From the NCBI GenBank assembly GCA_041918855.1, contig JAYRUX010000014.1, positions 778-64,777 of the forward strand: a DNA stretch of 64,000 bases. The letters are read 5' to 3'. The notes below the pieces were generated by a model. It was not told where the DNA came from and did not search any database. It was given only the letters and a program-made list of their open reading frames with translations. Of this stretch, positions 20,944 to 34,031 are shown one piece after another. The DNA comes from Luteimonas sp. (GTDB lineage: Bacteria > Pseudomonadota > Gammaproteobacteria > Xanthomonadales > Xanthomonadaceae). The translations under genes and the position numbers were made by a program. Numbering within the stretch: the stretch's first letter is position 1; the number at the start of each line of letters is the position of its first letter.

Positions 20944-21714
20944 TTACCACCCGCCCGGCTTGCGCCGGGCGTGCACGAACAGCGGCCAGCGCAGACGCTG
21001 CGTTGCAGCGGCGTCGCCCCAGGCGGCGGCGATCGCGGGGGCGAAGCGGGCGACGGGGTCGTCGCCGGTGCGCACGCGGTGGCGCCGGGTGGCCGAGTAG
21101 CTGGACAGGTAGCCGAGCAGCCGCGCCAGCGGCCAGTCCGCCTCCAGCGCCAGTGCCGGCGGGGCGAGCGGCTCGAATGGCCAGGCGTATCCCGCGTAGC
21201 CGGCATCGACGTCAGCCCGTTCGGGTGGCCAGTCGCAGGCAATGGCGGCATGGAATGCGGCGAAGGCGTCCTCCAGGCCTGGCGGCGGCCGGATGTCCTG
21301 GTAGCCCCATGCAATCAGCACGCCACCCGGCGCCAGCACGCGCTCGCACTCGGCGAACCAGGCCGCACGGTCGAACCAGTGCAGCGCCTGGGCCACGCAG
21401 GCGGCATCGGCCGTCGCGTCGCCGAGGCTGCAGCGTTCGCCGGGTTCCACCGCGAAGGCGACGTTGGCGGGCGCGGTCGCGGCGGCCACCTGCGCCGCAC
21501 TGGGGTCGGTGGCGAAGACGCGGTCGAAGTGCGCGGCGAGGGCGCGGCTGGCCTGCCCGCTGCCACATCCGGCTTCCCAGGCCAGCCGGCGCGCCGGCGC
21601 GACCGAGGCGATCCAGTCGAACAGGTCCGCCGGGTACTCCGGCCGCGCCTGGGCGTAGTCGGCGGCGACTGCCGAGAAATGGTCCTTGAAGACCGGCGCG
21701 TGGTCCGCTGTCAT
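20944..21714 (-). CDS. Class I SAM-dependent methyltransferase
   Basis: AWEAGCGSGQAS motif I; VAQALHWFD; LAPGGVL. Confidence 0.88.
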   Translation of the reverse strand: MTADHAPVFKDHFSAVAADYAQARPEYPADLFDWIASVAPARRLAWEAGCGSGQASRALAAHFDRVFATDPSAAQVAAATAPANVAFAVEPGERCSLGDATADAACVAQALHWFDRAAWFAECERVLAPGGVLIAWGYQDIRPPPGLEDAFAAFHAAIACDWPPERADVDAGYAGYAWPFEPLAPPALALEADWPLARLLGYLSSYSATRRHRVRTGDDPVARFAPAIAAAWGDAAATQRLRWPLFVHARRKPGGW

Positions 21715-21775
21715 GGCGCTTCCCTCCCCGCCGTCACCGCAACGCGGCCCGGCTTCCCGTCAGCCCGGTTTGCCG

Positions 21776-22900
21776 TCAGCCCGGATTCCCCGTTGCGACC
21801 CTGGCGTCCACCGCGCCGGGCCGCAGCAGGACGCGCAGGTCGTCGCCCACGCGCAGGCTCTCCACGATCCGCAGCTGCAGCCGTTGCGCCATGTCGCTGA
21901 TGCCGAGCCCGCCGAACAGGGGGCGCGACAGGTCGCCGAGCAGGACCGGGGCCACGTACAGCAGCAGCTCGTCGACCAGCCCCGCGCGCAGGAAGGCGCC
22001 GGCGAGCGTGGCACCGGTTTCCACCTGCACCTCGCCAATGCCGCGCGCGGCCAGAAGCCGCAGCACCGCGTCAAGGTCGAGCTGGCCGTTGCTGGTCGCC
22101 ACCGCGACGTGCTCCAGCTCGAGGCCACGCGGCGGCTTGACGTCGGGCGCGTGCAGGTACAGCGTGGGTGCATCGCCTTCGCGGATGCGGCCGCGGGCCA
22201 CGGTGGCGAGCCCCGGGTCGAGCACCACGCGCAGGGGCGGCACGAAGTCCGCCGCCTCGTCCATCCGCACGGTGAGCTGCGGGTCGTCGGCCAGCACGGT
22301 GCCGGAGCCGGTCAGCAGCGCGCCGCTGCGCGCGCGCCAGCGCATCACGTCGGCGCGCGCGGCAATGCCGGTGATCCACTTCGACTCGCCGCTGGCGAGC
22401 GCGGTGCGGCCATCGATGCTCATGCCCAGCTTCACCCGCAGCCACGGCCGGCCGCGTTCGACGCGCGACAGGAAGCCGCGGTTGAGATCGCGCGCCTGGG
22501 CTTCCATCAGTCCCGAAGCCACCTCGATGCCGGCGGCTGCCAGGCGATCGAAGCCGCGGCCGTCGACCTCGGGGAACGGATCGCGCATCGCCGCCACCAC
22601 GCGCGCGACGCCGGCGGCAATGAGGGCGTCGGCGCAGGGCCCGGTGTGGCCGGTGTGGGCGCAGGGCTCGAGGGTGACGTAGGCCGTCGCACCACGGGCG
22701 CGGTCCCCGGCCGCGGCAAGCGCCAGCACCTCCGCATGCGCCTCGCCCTGGCGCCGGTGCCAGCCCTCGCCGACGATGGCGTCGCCGTGGGCGAGGACGC
22801 AGCCGACCATCGGGTTGGGCCTGGTGGTGTAGGTGCCAAGGGCCGCCAGCTGCAGGGCGCGCGCCATCATGGCGTGGTCGGTGGCGCTGGATTCACTCAT
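21776..22900 (-). CDS. ribD: Bifunctional pyrimidine deaminase/reductase
   Basis: PNPMVGCV, HAEV, TLEPCAHTGHTGPC, DGRTALASGESKWIT. Confidence 0.96.
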   Translation of the reverse strand: MSESSATDHAMMARALQLAALGTYTTRPNPMVGCVLAHGDAIVGEGWHRRQGEAHAEVLALAAAGDRARGATAYVTLEPCAHTGHTGPCADALIAAGVARVVAAMRDPFPEVDGRGFDRLAAAGIEVASGLMEAQARDLNRGFLSRVERGRPWLRVKLGMSIDGRTALASGESKWITGIAARADVMRWRARSGALLTGSGTVLADDPQLTVRMDEAADFVPPLRVVLDPGLATVARGRIREGDAPTLYLHAPDVKPPRGLELEHVAVATSNGQLDLDAVLRLLAARGIGEVQVETGATLAGAFLRAGLVDELLLYVAPVLLGDLSRPLFGGLGISDMAQRLQLRIVESLRVGDDLRVLLRPGAVDARVATGNPG

Positions 22901-22983
22901 CGCGGTTCCTTCATTGGGGGCCGGGCCGGATGCCGGCCGCGCGCCCCACGCCGACGGCGGGATCGCGTCGCCGGTCCATCCGC

Positions 22984-23505
22984 CTACCGCTTGCGACCCT
23001 TGCCGGTGGTGGCTTCGTCGCCGCCGAGCAGGGGCAGCTGGCCTTCGCCGGGCAGTTCGCGCTCGAGCCGGTCGAGTTCCTCGCGGAAATCGGCGACATC
23101 CTCGAACGAGCGGTACACCGATGCGTAACGCACGTAGCCGACGTGGTCGAGCTTGCGCAGCTCGGCCATCACGAACTCGCCCACGCGCCGCGACGCCACT
23201 TCACGCTCGGTCGTCATGCGCAGCTGGTGGATCACCGCACGCACCGCCGACTCGATCTGCTCTTCGGACACCGGGCGCTTGTTGAGCGCGCGGTCGAACC
23301 CCGCCCGCAGCTTGCGCGCGTCGAAGGTGTCCCGGCGGCCGTCGGACTTGATGATCGCGGGCAGCTTGAGTTCGATCGTCTCGATGGTCGAGAAGCGCTC
23401 GCCGCAGGCCTCGCACACCCGGCGCCGGCGGATGGTGGCGCCGTCGTCGCTCACCCGTGAATCGATGACCCGGGTGTCCTGGTGCTGGCAGAAAGGACAG
23501 TGCAA
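22984..23505 (-). CDS. nrdR: Transcriptional repressor NrdR
   Basis: TTG start (M)HCPFC; [16 protein letters not shown]; ATP-cone; [13 protein letters not shown]. Confidence 0.95.
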   Translation of the reverse strand: MHCPFCQHQDTRVIDSRVSDDGATIRRRRVCEACGERFSTIETIELKLPAIIKSDGRRDTFDARKLRAGFDRALNKRPVSEEQIESAVRAVIHQLRMTTEREVASRRVGEFVMAELRKLDHVGYVRYASVYRSFEDVADFREELDRLERELPGEGQLPLLGGDEATTGKGRKR

Positions 23506-23518
23506 AGGTGCAGCCGGG

Positions 23519-24063
23519 TCAGATGTCGTAGTTGAAGGGCAGCATGAAGGCGCTTCGCGCCGGCGTACCGGCGCAGGTCGAGGGGGCATAGCCGATGGCG
23601 CGGGCGGTCGCCTCGGCGGCCTCGGCGAAGCGCTCGTCCGTGGCGCACACCGCATGCGCCGCGTGCACCGCCCCATCCCGGTCCATGAGCACCAGCACGT
23701 GCGCCGCTCCGGACACGCGCCGTGCCTGCAGCAGTGCGGGATAGTCCGCACTGGGCGGAACCTCCAGTTTGCGCGGGTCGGTACAGCCCGGCGCGTGCTC
23801 CGACCACCCGTCCTTCAGGCGGTCCAGTTCGTCTTTCGACAGCAATTGGCGGGAGCCCGCGGCGCATTGGCCGGTCTTTCCGTCGTACCGGGCCGCGAAG
23901 TGTGCCGTGTCGAAACGCTCCGGGCTGCGGAGTGGCGCCTCGCCTGCAATTGGCCTGTGGCCACCGGCCCGTTCCCCTGTGCCGGGCGTGCCGGCGCAGC
24001 CCGCCACCAGCGCCGCCGAGACCGCCAGGGCCGCCCCGGCGCGGCACGCGCCACGGGCAGCCA

Positions 24064-24064
<1 letters not shown>
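23519..24064 (-). CDS. Predicted lipoprotein with a TonB C-terminal-like domain
   Basis: Lipobox LVAGC after ATG 24064; C-terminus [24 protein letters not shown]...LPFNY resembles TonB_C. Start overlaps the glyA stop. Confidence 0.65.
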
Positions 24065-25317
<1,253 letters not shown>

Positions 25318-25388
25318 GGTGGCCTCGTTGCTGCGCGGGGACGGCCAGTGTAAGTCCGGACCCCGGGCAGGTCACGGAAACCCGCTTC

Positions 25389-25458
25389 TGTAGGAGCGGC
25401 CCATGGCTGCGACCGGATGTCCCGGCCCCAGCGGTCGCGGCCATGGGCCGCTCCTGCA
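25389..25458. repeat. GTAG-family REP doublet (REPIN-like)
   Basis: TGTAGGAGCGGCCCATGGCTGCGACC (25389-25414) and an inverted copy (25433-25458), 24/26 identical, with an 18-bp spacer. Confidence 0.8.
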
Positions 25459-25480
25459 GGGAGGCGTCGGCGTCCGGCGG

Positions 25481-26011
25481 TCAGCGGCCGCCGTGCAGGA
25501 TCAGGTCGGCGATGATGCCGGTCGCCGCGGCCACCAGCAGGAAGTCACCGGCGTCGCTGCGCCGCCAGTAGTGGCCACGCGGCGGGGCACGCAAGCCGTA
25601 CGGGCGGTAGTCGTGGACCACGTAGGTCGGGTAACGCTCGTAGTGATGGTAGGCACGGCCGCGGGCCCACGGCGGCGGGCCGGGGCGGTACGCAGGCACG
25701 TGGTAGACGACGCGCGGCGGCGGGCGGTGATGCACGACGCGGACCGGACGGTCATAGCGGTCATAGCGGTCGTAGCGGTCATGCCGGGCGTGGCGACGGT
25801 CGTCGCGGCGGTCGTCGCGGCGATGCTCGCGCGGGTCGCGGCGGTCGTCCCAGCCGCCACGGCGGCCCCGGTCGACGTGCCAAGCACGGTCGTTGCCGCC
25901 GCGGTCGTGGCCGCGGCCGCGGTCGTGGTCGCGCGCCATCGCAGGCGTGGCCAGCACCGCCGACAACGCCAGCACCAGCGCACCCAGGCCCAAAGCCCTG
26001 CTCTTGTCCAT
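25481..26011 (-). CDS. RcnB-family secreted protein
   Basis: Signal peptide ending AMA; Arg/Asp/His-rich linker; YGLRAPPRGHYWRRSDAGDFLLVAAATGII C-terminus. Confidence 0.8.
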   Translation of the reverse strand: MDKSRALGLGALVLALSAVLATPAMARDHDRGRGHDRGGNDRAWHVDRGRRGGWDDRRDPREHRRDDRRDDRRHARHDRYDRYDRYDRPVRVVHHRPPPRVVYHVPAYRPGPPPWARGRAYHHYERYPTYVVHDYRPYGLRAPPRGHYWRRSDAGDFLLVAAATGIIADLILHGGR

Positions 26012-26134
26012 GTCGATCCTCCTCGGGGGTGGCGCCACTATCCGACGCCGTGACTGAATCGTGACGGTCCCGGGGCCGTGCCCCCGGCGCCCGTTCACCC
26101 ACCGGCCAGCCTGCGGCCGGGGCCACGCCCCCGG

Positions 26135-26140
26135 TATAAT
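26135..26140 (+). promoter_or_regulatory. Candidate sigma70 -10 element for ettA
   Basis: Perfect TATAAT about 70 bp upstream of the ettA start. No convincing -35. Confidence 0.5.
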
Positions 26141-26208
26141 CGCCCTATCCCCGCCTTTCGATTCCGCCCGCGTTCCCGCGGGCGGCGGCGGCGTCCATTG
26201 GAGCCCCC

Positions 26209-27873
<1,665 letters not shown>

Positions 27874-27886
27874 CGGCGGCCCGCTG

Positions 27887-28744
27887 ATGGCCGCGGCCGG
27901 CGCAGGCGTGGCACCCGGCTTCATGGCGCGCCTGCGGGCGCGCTGGCAGGCAGCGGATTCGCTGGTCTGCGTCGGGCTCGATCCCGAGCCGGCGAAGTTC
28001 CCGGCGCGTTTCGCCGGCGATCCCGATGCGGTCTTCGCCTTCTGCCGCGACATCGCCGACGCCACCGCCGCGCACGCCTGCTGCTTCAAGCCGCAGTTCG
28101 CGCATTTCGCGGCCCTCGGTGCCGAGGGCGCGCTGGCGCGGCTGGTGCGGCACCTGCGCACGCACCATCCGGCGGTACCGGTGATCCTCGACGCCAAGCG
28201 CGGCGACATCGGCAGTACGGCGGTGCAGTACGCGGCGGAAGCCTTCGACCGCCACGAGGCCGATGCGGTCACGCTCAACCCCTACCTCGGGCGCGACTCG
28301 CTGCAACCGTTCCTCGATCGCGGGGACCGTGGCGCGGTGATCCTCTGCCGCACGTCGAACCCCGGTGCCGCCGACCTGCAGGACCTCGCGGTCGCCAGTG
28401 CCGACGGCCGCACGCGGCCGCTGTACCAGCACGTCGCCGCCACCGTGGCCGCGGAGTGGAACGGCAACGGCAACTGCGCGCTGGTCGTCGGGGCGACGTG
28501 GCCGGCGCAGCTGCGCGAGGTGCGCGCGATCGTCGGCGACGACATGCCGTTGCTGGTGCCTGGCGTCGGTGCCCAGGGCGGCGACGTCGCGGCCGTGGTC
28601 CGCAACGCGGCCTCGGTCGACGGTACCGGCCTGATCGTCAGTTCCTCGCGCGCGATCCTCTATGCATCGGCGGGCGACGACTATGCCGACGCCGCGGCGG
28701 CCGCCGCGAAGGCGCTGCGCGACGCGATCAACCGCTGCCGCTGA
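27887..28744 (+). CDS. pyrF: Orotidine-5'-phosphate decarboxylase
   Basis: [39 protein letters not shown]. Confidence 0.95.
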   Translation: MAAAGAGVAPGFMARLRARWQAADSLVCVGLDPEPAKFPARFAGDPDAVFAFCRDIADATAAHACCFKPQFAHFAALGAEGALARLVRHLRTHHPAVPVILDAKRGDIGSTAVQYAAEAFDRHEADAVTLNPYLGRDSLQPFLDRGDRGAVILCRTSNPGAADLQDLAVASADGRTRPLYQHVAATVAAEWNGNGNCALVVGATWPAQLREVRAIVGDDMPLLVPGVGAQGGDVAAVVRNAASVDGTGLIVSSSRAILYASAGDDYADAAAAAAKALRDAINRCR

Positions 28745-29897
28745 GCCCGAACACCTGCCGCAGGTAGGCCAGGTACCCGGGGTCGTCGCACATCCCCTTC
28801 CCCGGCGAGTCGCTGACCTTGGCGACCGGCTGGCCGTTGCAGCGGACCATCTTGATCACGATCTGCAGCGGCGTGGGGCCGAGGTCGTTGGTGAGGTTGG
28901 TGCCGACGCCGAAGGCGACCCTGGCGCGGCCACTGAAGCGCGCATGCAGCGCCAGCACGCGCTCGACGTCGAGGCTGTCGCTGAACACCAGGGTCTTGGT
29001 GCAGGGGTCGATCCGCCTCGCCTGCAGGTGGCCGATGATGCGTTCGCCCCAGTCGAACGGGTCGCCGGAATCATGGCGGATGCCGTCGAACAGCTTGCAG
29101 AAGTACAGGTCGAAGTCGCGCAGGAAGGCCTCCAGCCCGACCACGTCCGACAGCGCCACGCCGAGGTCCCCCCGGTATTCGTGCGCCCAGGCCTCGAACG
29201 CCGCCTTCTGCGAGTCCACCAGGCGCGGGCCCAGGGCCTGGAAGGCCTGCAGGAACTCGTGCGCCATGGTGCCGTGCGGGGTCATGCCGAAGTCGCGCGC
29301 GAAGCCGACGTTGCTGGTGCCGGAGAACTGCGCGCCCAGTGCGTCGCGCAACCGCGGCAGGATCCGCGCGTGCCAGTCGCGCGAGTAGCGCCGGCGCGTA
29401 CCGAAGTCGGACACGACGCACTCCGGCACCTCGCGCAGGCGCGCGATTTTCGCGTCGAGGCGGCGCAGCCCCTCGCCCTCGTCGGCAGGCGGCTGGTTGC
29501 GGAACCAGACCTCGTTGATGATCGCCAGCAGCGGCACTTCGAACAGGATCGTGTGCAGCCATGGGCCTTCGATCCCGAGCAGCAGCTCGCCGGGCACGTC
29601 CGGCGACGGGCGGAGGTCCAGGTAGCGCGCGTCCATGTGGAACAGGCCAAGGAAGTCGACGAAATCGGGCTTCATGTAGCGCAGGCCACGCAGCCACTCG
29701 AGCTCCTCCGGCCGGAAGCGGAGCGCGCACAGCGATGCGATCTCGTCGCGGATCTCGTCGATGTGCCGCGCGAGGTCGATGCCCGGCGTGCGGCACCTGA
29801 AGCGGTACGTCACCTGCGCCGCGGGGTGCTGGTGCAGCACCGCCTGCATCATCGTGAACTTGTAGAGGTCGGTGTCGAGCAGCGACTGGATGATCAT
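28728..29897 (-). CDS. pncB: Nicotinate phosphoribosyltransferase
   Basis: [40 protein letters not shown]. Confidence 0.96.
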   Translation of the reverse strand: MIIQSLLDTDLYKFTMMQAVLHQHPAAQVTYRFRCRTPGIDLARHIDEIRDEIASLCALRFRPEELEWLRGLRYMKPDFVDFLGLFHMDARYLDLRPSPDVPGELLLGIEGPWLHTILFEVPLLAIINEVWFRNQPPADEGEGLRRLDAKIARLREVPECVVSDFGTRRRYSRDWHARILPRLRDALGAQFSGTSNVGFARDFGMTPHGTMAHEFLQAFQALGPRLVDSQKAAFEAWAHEYRGDLGVALSDVVGLEAFLRDFDLYFCKLFDGIRHDSGDPFDWGERIIGHLQARRIDPCTKTLVFSDSLDVERVLALHARFSGRARVAFGVGTNLTNDLGPTPLQIVIKMVRCNGQPVAKVSDSPGKGMCDDPGYLAYLRQVFGLSGSG

Positions 29898-29973
29898 GCA
29901 GGGCCGGCCTGCGCGCGGTGGCGGGCCGCCAGTATGGAGGCACGTGGCCGGAGGCGGCCGTGAGCGATCTCGG

Positions 29974-30849
29974 TCAGCGCAGCGCGCGGATCGCGTCGAC
30001 CAGGAAATGTGCGGCCACCGCGGCCAGCACCGCGGCATGGGCGACCGGACCATGGCGATGGCCATCAAACCTGCGGAAGTAGCGCCACAGGCCGCGATGC
30101 TTGTGCCAGGCGACGAACAGCGGCCGCGCACGGCTGGACACGCCGCGCAGGTGCACCACGCGCACGTCGTTGGCGACCGCGACACTGGCCCCGGCCGCGC
30201 GCGCGCGACGGCACAGGTCGAGGTCCTCCGCGTGCAGCCGGTACTTCTCGTCGAAGCCGCCGATGCGCACGAACAGGGCGCGCGGCATCAGCACCAGCGC
30301 GCCGGAGATCGCATCGACCTGCTGCAGTGGCGCGGCCTCGTCCACGGGGATGCCCAGCTGGCGCGCCGCGGGCGATGCCAGCATGGCGACGAAGTCGGGG
30401 TCGCGCCGCCGCGCGGCGGCATCGCGCAGCCCGTCTTCGTCCACGAGGTCTGCACCGATGACGGGCTCTGCCCCGGTGGCGGCAAGGGCCACGGCGTGCC
30501 CGCGCAGCGCCGCGAGCGCGTCGGGCTCCAGCAGGCAATCCGGATTCACGAACGCAAGCCACGGCGCGCGCGATTCCGCCGCGCCACGGTTGCAGGCGAC
30601 GGAGAAGCCGGGGTTGCCCGGCTCGGCCACGAAGCGCAGGCGCGGGTCGGCCAGTGCATGGCGCTGGACGATCTGGACCGTCGCGTCGCGCGAGCCGTTG
30701 TCGACCACCCGGATCTCGGCGACGCCGTCGCAGGCACGCAGCCGCGAGAGGCAGTCGTCGATGGTGGCGGCGCTCTCGTGGCTGACCACGATCGCGGCGA
30801 TGCCGGCATCGCCGGCAGCCACGGCCGCACCGTGTGCGTCAGTGGCCAA
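29974..30849 (-). CDS. Family 2 glycosyltransferase
   Basis: [42 protein letters not shown]. Start codon uncertain. Confidence 0.88.
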   Translation of the reverse strand: MATDAHGAAVAAGDAGIAAIVVSHESAATIDDCLSRLRACDGVAEIRVVDNGSRDATVQIVQRHALADPRLRFVAEPGNPGFSVACNRGAAESRAPWLAFVNPDCLLEPDALAALRGHAVALAATGAEPVIGADLVDEDGLRDAAARRRDPDFVAMLASPAARQLGIPVDEAAPLQQVDAISGALVLMPRALFVRIGGFDEKYRLHAEDLDLCRRARAAGASVAVANDVRVVHLRGVSSRARPLFVAWHKHRGLWRYFRRFDGHRHGPVAHAAVLAAVAAHFLVDAIRALR

Positions 30850-31747
30850 GTGCCGGAGCCTCCTCCGCGCCGGCGCCGGACGCCTCCGCCGGGAGCGCCC
30901 CGGGCGCCTCCGCCGCCGGGAACAGGTCGCGTTGCGGTGGCAGCGCGGCGTCGCGCGCGAGCCGGCGCGCGAGGTCCGCGCGCAGGTCCGCGAGCGGATC
31001 GTCCATCAGGAACGTCGCCAGCCGCGCGTGCCAGGTGGGCCAGCGGCCCGCGAGCGCCTCCATGTCGCCGTCGAGCGGGCCGCCCTCGCCGCCCCGGGCC
31101 ACGAACGCGGTCCCGCACAGCGCGTTGCGCCAGCCGAGCCCGGACAGGCGCAGCGACAGGTCGATGAGCGCCGCGTACCAGGAGTCGAAGCTCGCGGCAT
31201 CGAGGCCACCGGCGCGGCGGCGTGCGCTGCCGCGCAGGAGCACGGCATGGTCCACGGCGGAGGGCAACTCCGGGTGCACCGGGGCCATGCCGGCGGCGGC
31301 ACGGGCGAGGCTGTCGAGATCCTGCGGGATCGGCGCGATCTCGCCCGGACGTGGCCACGACGCCGCCTCGCCTGCATTGCACCAGGGCGTGGCGGTGGCG
31401 ATGGCCGCGTCGCGCTCGAAGCAGGCGCAGAGCTGCGCGAACCACCCCGGCGCGGGGATGGCGTCCGGCGCGAGCACGACGACATCGCCGCCATCGCAGG
31501 CACGGAGCATGTCGTCGAGGTGCGCGACCTGCCCCACCGGGCGCGGGCGCCGCGTGTAGTCGGCCTGCAGCCGCGTCGACGCCAGCCAGCGTTCGATGAT
31601 CGCAAGGCCCCGCGGACCAGCCTGGGCGTCGTCGCCCAGCCACACCCGCGTTCCCGGCGGCGTCCCCCGCTCCAGCGCCGCGAGGCAGGCGTCGAGGGCG
31701 TCGTCGTCGACCCCTACCGGGAGCAGCACGACCGGCGCGTCAGCCAT
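30839..31747 (-). CDS. GT2-like protein (divergent)
   Basis: GT-A-like fold cues (LGDDA, GDVVVLAPD, ATATPWCN, DLSLRLSGLGWRN). Confidence 0.7.
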   Translation of the reverse strand: MADAPVVLLPVGVDDDALDACLAALERGTPPGTRVWLGDDAQAGPRGLAIIERWLASTRLQADYTRRPRPVGQVAHLDDMLRACDGGDVVVLAPDAIPAPGWFAQLCACFERDAAIATATPWCNAGEAASWPRPGEIAPIPQDLDSLARAAAGMAPVHPELPSAVDHAVLLRGSARRRAGGLDAASFDSWYAALIDLSLRLSGLGWRNALCGTAFVARGGEGGPLDGDMEALAGRWPTWHARLATFLMDDPLADLRADLARRLARDAALPPQRDLFPAAEAPGALPAEASGAGAEEAPALGH

Positions 31748-31768
31748 GCGCGCGCTCCCGCGCCGGGA

Positions 31769-34021
31769 TCATTCCGGCGTCCGGTTCAACGGCTCCAGGG
31801 CGCGGAAGCGGCGGCCGTATTCGTCGGTGAGGTCGCGCGATTCCTGCGGGTTGCGCACGAGCGTCGGGGTGATCAGCACGATGATCTCGCTGCGCATGGT
31901 GTTCGACGTCTGGGTCCCGAACAGTCCGCCGATCACCGGGATCCGGCTCAGACCCGGCAGGCCGCGCGAACCGCGCTCGACGCCGTCGGTGATGAGGCCG
32001 GCCAGCATCACCGTGTCCCCGCTCTGGACGATGGCGTTGGTCTTCATTCGGTTGGTGTTGATGCGCACGTTGCCGCGCTCGTCCGGCGTTCCCGCGGGGC
32101 TGCTGACTTCCTGGACGATGTCGAGGAACACGGTGCCATCGCGGGTCACGCGGGGTCGCACCTTGAGGATGGTGCCGGTGTCCAGGTACTGCACCTGGCC
32201 GATGGTGCCCGAGTCGCCGAAGCCGGGGTTGAAGGAGACCGAGTTGATCGGGATGCGGTCGCCGACGTTGAGCGTGGCCTCGTAGTTGTTGCGCACCATG
32301 ATCGAAGGCGTCTGCAGCATCTGGACGTCGGACACCTCGTCGAGGGCCCGGACGACGGCCACCGCATCGTTGCGCGCCAGCGACCAGACGGCTCCCGGAC
32401 CGCCGACGCCGCCGATGCTGCCGGCGAGGGTGCTCCAGGCACTCGGTCCGCCTGCGCCGGGCGCGGGGAAGACCGGGAAGCCGTTGTCGGTGATGGCGCG
32501 CTCGAGGAACCAGTTCACGCCGTAGTTCAGGTCGCCGCTCAGGTCGACCCGCACCACCTGCGCCTCGATGTGCACCTGCAGCGGCATCACGTCCAGGCGC
32601 TCGATCACGTCGCGGATGGAGCGCCAGGCCTGCGCACTGGAGCGCACCAGCAGGGTGTTGCTCTCGTCGACCGCGGACACGCCGACACGGGTGCCGTCGA
32701 CCTCGAGCGTCAGCGAGGCGTTGCCGCCCTGGCGCTCGCCGAGCGACAGCGAGCCACCGCCCATGCCGCTGCCGCTTCCGCTACGGCTTCCGCCGCCGAG
32801 GCCATCGCTGGACCCACCCAGGCTGTCGCCACCGCCCACCTGCGCCGAGCTGATGCCGCCGCCATCCATCCCGCCGTCCTTGATCTCCGTCGAGTTCAGC
32901 CCCGGCATCAGCGACGCACCGCCACCGGTCTGGCCACCGCTGCGGCCGGCGCCGTAGACCTCGGCCAGGCGCTCGGCCAGGTCCTTGGCGGTCACGTACT
33001 TGAGCTCGTACGAGAACAGCTGCACGCCTTCGCCGGCGCCGTCGATGCGGTCGATCCACTGCTGGATGTCGTCCAGGTACGACGGCTGCGCGGTGATCAC
33101 CAGCACCGCGTTGGCACCCTCCAGCGGCATGAAGCGGAACATGCCGGCGACCGGCGATTCGCTGCCGGCGCCGAACACCTGCTCCAGGCTGCCGACGATG
33201 TCGCTGGCCTTGCCCGACTTCAGCGGGAACACGCCCACCGACATCCCGGCCAGCCAGTCGACGTCGAAGATCTCGATCGTGCGCAGGTAGTTCTCGAGTT
33301 CCTGGCGGGTCCCGGCGATCGTGATGATGTTGCGGCCGTTGTCGACGCTGACGATGGCGTTCGGGCGCGCATACGGCTTCAGCAGCTTCTCCATCTCGGT
33401 GGCCGAGATGTAGCGCAGCGGAACCACCCGCGATTCGAAGCCGCGCGCGGCCGTGGCGCCGCCGGTGCGCGGGGCGACGGCGCCGGTGGCCATGGCCTGG
33501 TCGCCGGGGACGATGTTGTAGCGTCCATCGGCCCAGATCATGCGGGCGTTGTTCCAGCCCAGCACCATCTCCAGCAGGCTGAGCGCCTGCGCCGGGCTCA
33601 CGGTCTTCGGCGTCGCCAGGGTCACCGTGCCCTGCACCCCGGGCGCGATCACGTAGTTCTGGCCGAGCATGTCGCCGAGGATCGCCTTGACCACGGCGTG
33701 CAGCGCCTCGCCTTCGAAATTGAACGTGGCCTCGCCGGTGCTCCCGGCGAGGTTGGGCGGCGGCGAGGACGCCGCACCCTGGTTGATCACCTGGCCGCTG
33801 CCGCGACGGATGTGCGGGACCGGCCCATCGGGCGGCTCCGTACCCAGCGGCTGGGCGGTGACGCCGCCGGCGTTGGTCGCGGGGCCGGCGGCCTGCGCGC
33901 GCTCGTCCGCCGGGGCGACGCCGTCGCGCCGCACCGACGGCGGCGGCATGGCCGCGCAGGCGACGAGGGTGGTGAGCAGGCACGCGGACAGCGCCGCCTT
34001 CAGGAATCGGGGAAGGGTCAT
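31769..34021 (-). CDS. xpsD: T2SS secretin
   Basis: Lipobox LVAC; NFEG N0 domain; QVHIEAQVVRV; GLPGLSRIPVIGGLFG. Confidence 0.95.
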   Translation of the reverse strand: MTLPRFLKAALSACLLTTLVACAAMPPPSVRRDGVAPADERAQAAGPATNAGGVTAQPLGTEPPDGPVPHIRRGSGQVINQGAASSPPPNLAGSTGEATFNFEGEALHAVVKAILGDMLGQNYVIAPGVQGTVTLATPKTVSPAQALSLLEMVLGWNNARMIWADGRYNIVPGDQAMATGAVAPRTGGATAARGFESRVVPLRYISATEMEKLLKPYARPNAIVSVDNGRNIITIAGTRQELENYLRTIEIFDVDWLAGMSVGVFPLKSGKASDIVGSLEQVFGAGSESPVAGMFRFMPLEGANAVLVITAQPSYLDDIQQWIDRIDGAGEGVQLFSYELKYVTAKDLAERLAEVYGAGRSGGQTGGGASLMPGLNSTEIKDGGMDGGGISSAQVGGGDSLGGSSDGLGGGSRSGSGSGMGGGSLSLGERQGGNASLTLEVDGTRVGVSAVDESNTLLVRSSAQAWRSIRDVIERLDVMPLQVHIEAQVVRVDLSGDLNYGVNWFLERAITDNGFPVFPAPGAGGPSAWSTLAGSIGGVGGPGAVWSLARNDAVAVVRALDEVSDVQMLQTPSIMVRNNYEATLNVGDRIPINSVSFNPGFGDSGTIGQVQYLDTGTILKVRPRVTRDGTVFLDIVQEVSSPAGTPDERGNVRINTNRMKTNAIVQSGDTVMLAGLITDGVERGSRGLPGLSRIPVIGGLFGTQTSNTMRSEIIVLITPTLVRNPQESRDLTDEYGRRFRALEPLNRTPE

Positions 34022-34031
34022 CGCATGCATT

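Noticed and set aside
28728-28744. Convergent 17-nt overlap of pyrF and pncB
   Set aside because: Short 3' overlaps are common in compact high-GC genomes.
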